Shown here piece by piece: positions 37,447 to 45,353 of a DNA stretch of 60,347 nucleotides (positions are counted from its first letter, which is position 1; every line of letters starts with the position of its first letter). The notes under the pieces are model-generated. The model was not told the DNA's origin and searched no databases. It saw only the letters and a program-made list of their open reading frames with translations. The stretch comes from a virus. Its lineage: Duplodnaviria; Caudoviricetes. The position numbers and the translations under genes were made by a program. The DNA is taken from IMG/VR virus record IMGVR_UViG_3300046777_000773, positions 1 to 60,347 of that record. One strand, given 5' to 3'.

Positions 37447-37548
37447 AAAAAGAAACCGGGCGCCCTTTCGAGCAACCCGGTCTAAGTTTACAAGGGGAAT
37501 GTGCCGCCGAGGGGATAGTCAGAAAGCAAAGGAGGAACCCCGGCGACC
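37447..37548 (-). ncRNA. Candidate sRNA-1 (~100 nt) with anti-SD loop
   Basis: TTGTGA-N17-TATATA (37582-37554); 10-bp stem enclosing UUCCUCCUUU; terminator CCGGG...CCCGG-TTTCTTTTT. Confidence 0.6.
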
Positions 37549-37576
37549 CTCACTATATAGCAGAGGCGCGCTTCCT

Positions 37577-37759
37577 TCACAAGGGGGTTGTGTGCCATTT
37601 TATTTTGTGCGCCGCATGCACGTCGACACTGGCCTTGTAAATGAGCCACGTTACAATACGCAACAAGTCATCTGGGTCTGGCGGCAGGGCGCTGCGCTGT
37701 AGATACTCATGCAGGATGGCGCTTGCGTCCGCCTTACTCATGCCCTCTGGCAGTAACAT
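37577..37759 (-). CDS. Hypothetical early protein
   Basis: AAGGA RBS within repeated leader. Confidence 0.5.
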   Translation of the reverse strand: MLLPEGMSKADASAILHEYLQRSALPPDPDDLLRIVTWLIYKASVDVHAAHKIKWHTTPL

Positions 37760-37761
37760 GG

Positions 37762-38004
37762 TCAGGATTCCTTTACATTTGTTACGGATTCTAGCTCGGG
37801 CAGATCGACATAATAATGGTATTCGATTTCATCTGCTTCGCAGCCCGGCACGTAGTGCCAGCCCTTGATGTATTTGTTGGCGGCGCGGTCATGGGCTACG
37901 TCCTTCGCGGCCTCCTCGCTGGACGCCCACACGTCGACGCACGCTGTGTAAAGCTTGGTTATGGTGCGTTCTATTTGCACCTTGTAAAGCTTCGATTCTG
38001 TCAT
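37762..38004 (-). CDS. Hypothetical early protein
   Basis: VDVWASSEEAA..VA pattern; repeated leader. Confidence 0.6.
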   Translation of the reverse strand: MTESKLYKVQIERTITKLYTACVDVWASSEEAAKDVAHDRAANKYIKGWHYVPGCEADEIEYHYYVDLPELESVTNVKES

Positions 38005-38040
38005 AGCCAAGATTCCTTTACATTTGTTAAGGGTTGCGGG

Positions 38041-38352
38041 TTACCATACGCCAAGAGCTTCTAGGTTCTGGCGGTCTCTATCCATAGCAATGCGGAGATC
38101 GCGTGGCAATACGTCAAAGAAAGCCACGATTTCCTTGTGAACCGCGCGCTGTTCTGGCGTCATGAATAGCAGCGCAGCAAGGCTTGCCTTGTAGGGATTG
38201 CAGGCAAGCATTGCGCCCTGCCATGCGGCATAGGCTAGGGTGTTGCTTGGCGGGGCTTGCGCTAACAGCCTGCTTTTGCGCTGGCCTTTTTTGACAAGCG
38301 CATCACGCAGGGCTTGCGCGGCATTGTCGGAAAGCTTGGCGGTGATGGTCAT
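38041..38352 (-). CDS. Hypothetical early protein
   Basis: GGGAG RBS; C-terminal DRDRQNLEALGVW. Confidence 0.6.
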   Translation of the reverse strand: MTITAKLSDNAAQALRDALVKKGQRKSRLLAQAPPSNTLAYAAWQGAMLACNPYKASLAALLFMTPEQRAVHKEIVAFFDVLPRDLRIAMDRDRQNLEALGVW

Positions 38353-38355
38353 GGT

Positions 38356-38550
38356 TTATTGCTCCCAAGGGAAGGATGTTTTACCGCGCGCGATTGCGTG
38401 GCGGGCATAGGCTTGATCGCGTAGGCGTGTCAGTTTTTCGATAGCGCGCTTGTCACCATACCGGATTGCATCGCGCAAAGCATGGGCATGGCGTTGTGCG
38501 GTGGCAAGGTGGCGTGCGGCAAGGCGCGTATTGCGGATGATTTCAGACAT
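38356..38550 (-). CDS. Basic hypothetical early protein
   Basis: AAGGAG RBS. Confidence 0.5.
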   Translation of the reverse strand: MSEIIRNTRLAARHLATAQRHAHALRDAIRYGDKRAIEKLTRLRDQAYARHAIARGKTSFPWEQ

Positions 38551-38551
38551 A

Positions 38552-39232
38552 TTAGGCTCCTTTCGCAATGGCGGCGGCGGCGCGCTTGCTGGCGCCATGG
38601 GCAGGGAAGCCGACAATTACAGCCCTGTCCCTTACCGCGCAAAGCTTGCAGGACATGCATGTGACGTCGTCGCGATAGGTAGCCGGGCATGTGACTACCC
38701 TGCGGCCCTCTGGCGTGACGGTATCAGCGCGTTGCCCTTCTGGTGCATCTAGCACAACCACAACAGGACCAATATCAAGCGCCGCCAGCGTATCGGCATG
38801 GTCTAGCGTGTTGGCGCTTAGGTTTACCGTGAAACCCATGTTGTTTGCGTAGGCGATAAGAGTAGCGTTGTCGGCATGGGCGGGGGGCTTGTGCGTGTAG
38901 GTGAAGCCGCGGCGCCCGATGTTGGCTTCAATGAGCTTGCACATAGCTTGGCGGTTTATGGTATCGCCCTCGCCCGGCAAATCGCCCGCTTGGTTGTGGC
39001 GCCATAGCGTTCCCTCTGGCAGGGCAGCGATGCTATCGCAAAGGGCTTCCAATGTTCCGCCCGCCTTGCCTTCTGTTACTTTGCGCCAATGGATTGCCAA
39101 TGGCCCGCCGGATGCGTAGCACCCCTTGGCAGAAAGCGGGCAGGATGGCGGGCACGTGGTCGCGCTTGTCGTGGTGACAGGGATAGGCCCTGTTTTCACG
39201 TTTCGGCTTTTGGGCGTGAAATGGTAATACAT
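38552..39232 (-). CDS. Gp88-like, radical-SAM-fold-like Fe-S protein
   Basis: S.N.KTG, CPPSCPLSAKGCYA, RHNQAGD, FTYTH, NLSA, C-terminal CPA..C..C..C, GFPAHG. Confidence 0.65.
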   Translation of the reverse strand: MYYHFTPKSRNVKTGPIPVTTTSATTCPPSCPLSAKGCYASGGPLAIHWRKVTEGKAGGTLEALCDSIAALPEGTLWRHNQAGDLPGEGDTINRQAMCKLIEANIGRRGFTYTHKPPAHADNATLIAYANNMGFTVNLSANTLDHADTLAALDIGPVVVVLDAPEGQRADTVTPEGRRVVTCPATYRDDVTCMSCKLCAVRDRAVIVGFPAHGASKRAAAAIAKGA

Positions 39233-39247
39233 AGGTGTGGGGTCCTT

Positions 39248-39451
39248 TCAGATGCTTTCCAATTCACGGGTTAAATCGGCAATGTGCAAGCGCAATTCCA
39301 TGCGGCGTGCGTCTAGGGCGGCTTCGGCGGCTTCGCGTGTCTTGAACCATTGGCGGGGTGGGGAACCCATGGTGTAGTCTGAAATATAGCCTGGGGGTTC
39401 ATACCATACGCCACCATGTGAGCATCCATAAAGACGGCCTTTGTTTGTCAT
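39248..39451 (-). CDS. Hypothetical early protein
   Basis: AAGGA RBS; FKTREAAEAAL. Confidence 0.55.
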   Translation of the reverse strand: MTNKGRLYGCSHGGVWYEPPGYISDYTMGSPPRQWFKTREAAEAALDARRMELRLHIADLTRELESI

Positions 39452-39499
39452 AGCGTGGTTTCCTTTGGAGTGGCGTGATTGCCTGAGACACAATAGAGC

Positions 39500-40020
39500 A
39501 TCAAAGGGAAGGGATTGGAAGCCCCTTTCGATTAAATTGTGATAAGTAATTTTGGGTAAATGTTGTGAGGGGTTAATAAGTAGGAAGCTATCTATTGCCT
39601 GCTATTTTAGGGGAAGCTAATATAAAGGTATGTGCATAGGTTTGTGGAAATTAGGACCGATCCGGACCTATCTCCCGCACGCATAGCTCCCGCCAAGCCA
39701 TGCGCGTAACGCATACCTCACATAAGTGTGACATATTTACAACACATGGCCCACCCCGCGAAAGAAACATAACAAAAGTAAACTATTATCGCATGCAGGA
39801 TTTGTGCCAGACGCGCACGCGGGCAATACCCGAGTCGCGGAGTCGGGAATGTAATGTTATAACGTAACGGCGCGGGGTGTTTGCAAACCGTTAATTAATT
39901 TATGGCAATTTCCTGGCGCGGGGGGTAGCCCGGGGCGGGGGCGGAAAAATGTGGCCGGTCAGGGTCTTTGTCAGTATGCCCCTACCAAAATCGCGCGTAT
40001 TTTTAGACTTGCCACATTTT
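39500..40020. other. Non-coding AT-rich/palindromic region; possible genome terminus or packaging region
   Basis: No ORF; many short palindromes; G-run followed by AAAAAT near 39920-39950; near the point where the arms diverge. Confidence 0.35.
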
Positions 40021-40028
40021 CGCCACAA

Positions 40029-40229
40029 TCACCCTAGGCTATCCGCCCACTCCTGAAGCCGATCCCGCTCCTCCGGCGCTGGCAACTCAGGCAACTCGCT
40101 TTGACCCTTAATGCCCAGGCGCCCCTCGACCACCTTCAGACGCACCTTCAGATCCCAGACCATCCGGTGTAAGTCCATCGCCACATTCAATGCGACCATC
40201 TGCCTAACCTCTTCTTTACCTACTGGCAT
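40029..40229 (-). CDS. Hypothetical protein, probably leaderless
   Basis: TTGACG-N17-TACAGG (40263-40235), 5 nt to ATG. Confidence 0.5.
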   Translation of the reverse strand: MPVGKEEVRQMVALNVAMDLHRMVWDLKVRLKVVEGRLGIKGQSELPELPAPEERDRLQEWADSLG

Positions 40230-40295
40230 ACTTCCCTGTACCATGGCCGGACCCGCACGTCAACCCCGGGCTAGATACTTTACAAAAGTAAAGCA

Positions 40296-40570
40296 TTCAC
40301 CTATACCCGGCGCTGGTGAGTTTCCATTTGTAAAGTTCACCAGATTCTCACCACTAAAAGCTCAATGTTTTCAAGCGGATAGCTCAAAAGTGAGAATGGT
40401 GAGCGTGGTGAGGGTACCCTTTCTATAAGAAAAGAAGGTATATAATATATATAAAAGAGGTCGAAAACACGCTCACCTCTCTCACCTCTCACTTGCCCAA
40501 TGATTTCAATGACTTAGCTGGCGCCCGTTGGTGAGGGCCTCTTGGGGACTTCTCACCTCTCACCTCACTT
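40296..40570. repeat. Iteron-like element 2 (putative origin)
   Basis: Same order as element 1: (T/C)TCACC x2, GTGAG x3, TATATAATATATATAAAAGA, CTCAC x3, TCAATGACTT, GGTGAGGG, CTCAC x3. Confidence 0.65.
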
Positions 40571-40705
40571 GCCCGATGCGCGCACTTTTGGCAGGGTAGA
40601 CTTCTGTATAGCACAAGTCAAGCTGAAAATCAAGCCCTCGTTTCCCGACGGGTCCCGCGCAGACGCGCCCTTGACATTGCCGGGCAGCGATGCTATATTC
40701 CCCTT

Positions 40706-40936
40706 GCTGGTCCGGTCTCGTCCAAGCACACGGGGTGACTGGTCCGGCACAAACTCTTGGTTACGATTGGGAAGGGAACCTTTCGTCGCGGCGCCGCAGC
40801 CAAGGGGGACTACCTAAGAAGGACACTAAGTCCTCGTTCGACTACAAACTAGAATGTCATTGTACGCCTACATTGTTCCTTGCTCCTAGCCCCCAGGGTC
40901 CCTGCTCGCGACAGGACAAACCCTGGGGGTTCTTTA
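40706..40936 (+). ncRNA. Candidate structured ncRNA (~230 nt)
   Basis: TTGACA-N17-TATATT (40671-40699); several stems; terminator CCCCCAGGG...CCCTGGGGG-TTCTTT. Confidence 0.55.
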
Positions 40937-40992
40937 TTGACAGGCCCCGTGCCTTTTGGTACAAAGGCCATCCACACGCAAGGAGCAAACCC

Positions 40993-41190
40993 GTGGACAA
41001 AACCTATGATCGCTTCGACTTCGAGCAATCCATCATGCAGTGTTGGGGCGTAGTCGACGACCTCAAAGCTTTCCACAAAGCCAACGCCCCTCTCGACACC
41101 TACGAGGCTCTGGCCAAAGTCTACCAACAACATTTTGAACACCTCTGGGCTATCTTCGAATACCTTCTTGAAGAGGGCAAGTTGGTATGA
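40993..41190 (+). CDS. Conserved hypothetical protein
   Basis: TTGACA-N17-TACAAA promoter; AAGGAG RBS; DRFDFEQSIMQCW.VVDDL. Confidence 0.7.
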   Translation: MDKTYDRFDFEQSIMQCWGVVDDLKAFHKANAPLDTYEALAKVYQQHFEHLWAIFEYLLEEGKLV

Positions 41191-41396
41191 GCGATTCCAT
41201 GGAACTGACCCATCAGGACCTCGTCGAAGCCTTTGACCGGGTTATACAGCAACTCAAGGTCATCGACAGCTCCAAAATCTTCACGACCCTTAACGTGGGC
41301 ATGTTCGACATCGAAGACGCCGTCCGGGTCCTAACCGGCTTCAAAGGCAAACTCATCGTCGACGCCCATACGAAAGGTATCCTCGAATGGAAGTAA
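41187..41396 (+). CDS. Hypothetical protein
   Basis: ATGA coupling. Confidence 0.6.
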   Translation: MSDSMELTHQDLVEAFDRVIQQLKVIDSSKIFTTLNVGMFDIEDAVRVLTGFKGKLIVDAHTKGILEWK

Positions 41397-41443
41397 CCTA
41401 CCTCAACCACATGGGCACCGACCTCTTGCAATTTACCATCTAA
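41387..41443 (+). pseudogene. Orphaned original 5' end of thyX
   Basis: MEVTYLNHMGTDL matches MEVVYLNHMGDDR of thyX at 41917. Confidence 0.8.
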
Positions 41444-41475
41444 GGTGGTAAACTGTTCCTTAGTTATAAGGAGGT
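41426..41475 (+). promoter_or_regulatory. Endonuclease promoter plus RBS-occluding hairpin
   Basis: TTGCAA-N17-TAAACT; TCCTTA-GTTA-TAAGGA stem over AAGGAGG. Confidence 0.65.
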
Positions 41476-41479
41476 CTAT

Positions 41480-41926
41480 ATGATCTGTAAAGGTTGTCTG
41501 CAAGACAAACACGAAGAATCTTTTGTTTTGCGTAAGGATAGGTCAGGGCGGCGCCGTCCATATTGCAATGACTGCCGCAATAACGTAGAACGCGCCCGAT
41601 ACGAGAACCATAGACGGCTACAACCTTTTAAATTGCGTTGTAGTCGGGCACGGGCTAGGGCTAAGTTTTTAAAGGTTCCCTTTGACTTAACCCCGGCGTA
41701 TTTGGAAAGTATTTGGACAGGGCAGTGTCCTGTATTAAAGTGCCCAATCCATTGGAGTACTGACCGTAAAAATGAGTACGCGGCAGAGCTTGATAGGCAC
41801 GTTCCTAGCTTAGGATATGTTAAAGGTAACGTAACCTTTTTAGCTAGAAAGGCTAATAGACTGAAGAACAATTCTACTGTAGAAGAACTGACCAACCTTC
41901 TGGAATGGATGAAACAATGGAAGTAG
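41480..41926 (+). mobile_element. Free-standing His-Me finger/HNH-like homing endonuclease gene
   Basis: CxxC..CxxC; CPVL; LDR...LGYVKGNV....KAN.LK; AT-rich. Confidence 0.8.
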
Positions 41927-42555
41927 TGTATCTTAATCATATGGGTGATGACCGTATGGTCGTCAATGCGGCCCGTGTGTCCTTTGGCAAGCGCACCATG
42001 GAGTTCCGCCTGGGCAAGGACGATCGCCTCATTAAGTACTTGGCGCGTCACAACCATACGCTGCCCTTCGCCCATCCGCAAGTGCAGTTCCACTTCAAGG
42101 CGCCTCTGTTCGTGGCCCGGCAACTGGCCAAGCACCAAGTAGGCTTTGTGTGGTCCGAGATCAGCCGTCGCTATGTGAAGGACGAGCCCGAACTATACTG
42201 GCCCAATAAGTGGCGCAAGGCAGCGGCAGACATCAAGCAGGGCAGCAGCCAGGAGGAGTTCACAGATCCCTTCGGCTCGGCTCTGCGTGCCCATACGACG
42301 GCCCGTGCGCTGGTGTGGGACTATAGGCGTCTGGTGCAGGATGGCATGTGCCCCGAACAGGCCCGGATGATTTTGCCGCAAAATATGTACACTGAGTGGC
42401 ATTGGACGGGTTCCCTTTTGGGCTGGAGTCGTGTATGGAACCTCCGTGTCAAGTTTGATGCCCAGGCCGAGACAAGAGAGGTAGTAGAAATGATTGGTCC
42501 GATTATGGAGAAGCTATTCCCTTACAGTTGGAAATCATTAACCAACTCGGACTAG
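41917..42555 (+). CDS. thyX: Flavin-dependent thymidylate synthase
   Basis: VVNAARVSF, H..PF.H, FVARQLAKH, SEISRRY, PEQARMILPQ, AQAE. Confidence 0.95.
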   Translation: MEVVYLNHMGDDRMVVNAARVSFGKRTMEFRLGKDDRLIKYLARHNHTLPFAHPQVQFHFKAPLFVARQLAKHQVGFVWSEISRRYVKDEPELYWPNKWRKAAADIKQGSSQEEFTDPFGSALRAHTTARALVWDYRRLVQDGMCPEQARMILPQNMYTEWHWTGSLLGWSRVWNLRVKFDAQAETREVVEMIGPIMEKLFPYSWKSLTNSD

Positions 42556-42608
42556 AAAATCCCAACAACCTCTGCTATACTGGTTATTCACCCCCAATAG
42601 GAGCTAAT

Positions 42609-44636
42609 ATGCGTAATTCGCCTGAATTGCGTACGCCTTCAGTGCGTGCTGCAACCATTACCCGTCGCACCTACTCTCGCCCTCTGGAAGGCGGCGGCTT
42701 TGAAAGCTGGGACGACATCGTCGGTCGCGTCATCAGCCACCAGCGTTGGCTCTGGCAGCGTGCCCTCGGCGACCAGCCCCTCAGCAAGGCGCAAGAGAAC
42801 GAACTCGAAGAACTGCGTGAAGTGCTGCTGAAGCGTAGCGGTTCTGTGTCCGGGCGTACCCTGTGGCTGGGTGGCACTGAGGTGGCCAAGCGCCGTGAAG
42901 CCTCAATGTTCAACTGTGCCTTCACCAAGATCGAGACCGTCCATGACGTCGTTGATGCCTTCTGGCTCCTGCTACAAGGGTGTGGCGTGGGGTTCGAACC
43001 CATTGTCGGTACGCTCAACGGCTTTACTGCGCCGATGGAAATCGAGGTGGTCCGGTCACAGCGTCATCTACTGGAACAGAAGAAAGGACGCGAAACCAAT
43101 GTCGAAACTCATACCCAAGAGAACGGCAAGGAAGTCTGGACAATTACTGTGGGTGATAGCGCAGAGGCGTGGGCCAAGTCGGTGGGTAAGATGCTCGCTG
43201 GTAAGCGGAAGGCTGACGTTCTACGACTTGACTTCTCGCAAATTCGTCCCAGCGGCCAGCGTCTTAAAGGCTATGGGTGGATTTCGTCGGGTGATGAGAC
43301 TTTTGCACCGGCAATGCAGCGTATCGCAGAAATTCTCAACGCTCGCGCTGGTCATCTCCTTTCCCGAATCGACATCCTCGACGTCCTCAACCACCTCGGT
43401 ACAACCCTCTCCTCACGCCGCTCGGCTGAAATTGCGCTCGTTCCTTATGGCGATGCCGAATGGGTAGACTTCGCTAAAGCCAAGAAGGACTTCTGGGTCC
43501 ACAATAACTTCCACCGCCAGCAGTCCAACAATTCCGTAGCCTTCCACTCGAAGCCCTCACGCGACGACATCGCGGGTCTGTTCGACATGATGCAGGAAGC
43601 GGGCGGTTCCGAGCCGGGCTTCATCAACTTCGTCGAGGGTAAGCGTCGCGGTCCCTGGATGTCGGGCGTGAACCCGTGCGCTGAGATCCTGCTGCCCAAC
43701 AAAGGCTTCTGTAATCTGGTCGAAATCAACTTGTCGCACTTCAACGGTCGGGATGCCATCAAGCTGTGGCGCACGGCTGAGTTGTTGGCTCGCGCCAATT
43801 ACCGTCAGACTTGCGTGAATTTGGTGGATGGCGTCCTTCAGCGCGCATGGCATGAGAACAATGAGTTCCTCCGGCTGTGCGGTGTGGGCGTGACGGGCGT
43901 TGCCGAATGGGAACCGGCGAGCGATCCTGACGTGTGGCGTATGCTGCGCGACAAGGTGAAGCGGGCTGCCAACAAAATGGCCGACGAACTGGGTCTGCCG
44001 CGTCCCAAGGCGGTCACTACGGTCAAGCCGTCGGGCACCCTGTCCAAGATTATGGACACTACTGAGGGCGTTCATAAGCCGCTGGGCCGCTACATCTTCA
44101 ACAATGTGCGTTTCAGCAAGCATGACCCCTTTGTGAACGAGCTTATTGCCGCTAATTTCCGCGTCTTCGAGGACCCGTCTAGCCCGGATGCGGTGCTGGT
44201 GACGTTCCCGGTGGCCTATCCTCGGGTCAAGATGGACGAAGTTGACGGTAAGTTCGTGAACTTGGAGCCTGCTACGGTCCAGTTGGCCCGCTACAAGACC
44301 ATGATGGACAACTATGTGGACCATAACTGCTCGGTCACCATCAGCTACAGCCCCGAAGAAGCCCCGGCAATCGTGGATTGGCTTCACGAGAACTGGGATT
44401 CCTACGTCGGCGTGAGCTTCTTGTACCGGACGGACCCCACCAAGACGGCCAAGGACCTAGGTTACCTGTATTTGCCCCAGGAAGTGGTCACTAAAGAGGC
44501 GTATGACGCCTACGTAGCCACCCTGAAGCCCCTCAACGGGCAGGAAATCGGTACTCAGGAGCTTGTGGAGGCCGCTGATGACTACGAAATCGACGCTGGC
44601 ACGGAATGTGCAACCGGCGCCTGTCCCGTTCGCTAA
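42609..44636 (+). CDS. nrdJ: Class II (AdoCbl) ribonucleoside-triphosphate reductase
   Basis: RRTYSR, SGRTLW, FNC, NPCAEI, CNL, TTVKPSGT, C-terminal CATGACP; no small subunit gene. Confidence 0.9.
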   Translation: MRNSPELRTPSVRAATITRRTYSRPLEGGGFESWDDIVGRVISHQRWLWQRALGDQPLSKAQENELEELREVLLKRSGSVSGRTLWLGGTEVAKRREASMFNCAFTKIETVHDVVDAFWLLLQGCGVGFEPIVGTLNGFTAPMEIEVVRSQRHLLEQKKGRETNVETHTQENGKEVWTITVGDSAEAWAKSVGKMLAGKRKADVLRLDFSQIRPSGQRLKGYGWISSGDETFAPAMQRIAEILNARAGHLLSRIDILDVLNHLGTTLSSRRSAEIALVPYGDAEWVDFAKAKKDFWVHNNFHRQQSNNSVAFHSKPSRDDIAGLFDMMQEAGGSEPGFINFVEGKRRGPWMSGVNPCAEILLPNKGFCNLVEINLSHFNGRDAIKLWRTAELLARANYRQTCVNLVDGVLQRAWHENNEFLRLCGVGVTGVAEWEPASDPDVWRMLRDKVKRAANKMADELGLPRPKAVTTVKPSGTLSKIMDTTEGVHKPLGRYIFNNVRFSKHDPFVNELIAANFRVFEDPSSPDAVLVTFPVAYPRVKMDEVDGKFVNLEPATVQLARYKTMMDNYVDHNCSVTISYSPEEAPAIVDWLHENWDSYVGVSFLYRTDPTKTAKDLGYLYLPQEVVTKEAYDAYVATLKPLNGQEIGTQELVEAADDYEIDAGTECATGACPVR

Positions 44637-44805
44637 GATAAGGAGTCCGTGTCGTGGAATATGCCATCTTATTGGGGGTGCCTATGACCGCCGCTGTGGT
44701 GGTTGCCTCCGTACTACTGAGGAAATTGAAAACTGGAGCCGATATTCTGATGAAGAACGGCAAGGTATCCTCCGGTTACTACCACTAAGGGCCATTGAGG
44801 CTTGA
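44608..44805 (+). CDS. DUF1289 Cys-rich protein
   Basis: SPCRGIC...CGGCLRT.EEI.NW. Confidence 0.75.
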   Translation: MQPAPVPFAKIRSPCRGICHLIGGAYDRRCGGCLRTTEEIENWSRYSDEERQGILRLLPLRAIEA

Positions 44806-44860
44806 CTTTAAGGAGCCAGTGGGGTAATATCCTGCTGGCTTCTTCTATTTGGGGGTACCC

Positions 44861-45028
44861 ATGAAGTACACGGTTACATATGACGACGGGGTCTGGGTAT
44901 TTACCCTAGAATCCACTGATCCGGCGTCAGACTACTACGAAGAGTGGGAAATTACCGACGAAGCTGAGGCCAAAACCATAGCCGCAGAACTAATTGACGA
45001 AATTACAGAAGTAGATGACGATGAATAA
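44861..45028 (+). CDS. 55-aa very acidic protein (not in ORF track)
   Basis: MKYTVTYDDGVWVFTLESTDPASDYYEEWEITDEAEAKTIAAELIDEITEVDDDE; promoter TTGACT-N17-TAATAT. Confidence 0.6.
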   Translation: MKYTVTYDDGVWVFTLESTDPASDYYEEWEITDEAEAKTIAAELIDEITEVDDDE

Positions 45029-45266
45029 CACCACTTCAGAGGCTATCGAACAATTCCAAGACATGGTGGATCTGGACCGGAAGGTCGCTAGCGTCATCTC
45101 TAAGGTGCTGGCCCGGTCGCCCCATGCGGTTCTGATTGCCTGGGAAGAAGACGGCGGGGTCAAGGCTACTAGCGTCCCCTTCTCGGCCTGCCTCGTCAAG
45201 GGCATGGTAGATACCCTCTTTGATATGGTCTTCGAACCAGCGGACGATGATGAACCCCCTGAATAG
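45015..45266 (+). CDS. Hypothetical acidic protein
   Basis: Overlap with upstream ORF. Confidence 0.55.
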   Translation: MTMNNTTSEAIEQFQDMVDLDRKVASVISKVLARSPHAVLIAWEEDGGVKATSVPFSACLVKGMVDTLFDMVFEPADDDEPPE

Positions 45267-45353
45267 CCTTACCTTTGCGTGTTGGAACGGGTGGATTTTC
45301 CTCCGCAAGTGTGCTATACTTGCCACTAAGTTCCTTCAAATAAAGAGGTAAGC

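Noticed and set aside
37030-40570. Possible CRISPR array or tRNA in the repeat-rich region
   Set aside because: Repeats are 5-6 nt in both orientations without regular spacers; no cloverleaf or T-loop consensus found
40690-40992. N-terminal extension of ORF 40690..41190
   Set aside because: The ATG lies inside a promoter and the frame crosses a terminator; GTG 40993 has a strong RBS
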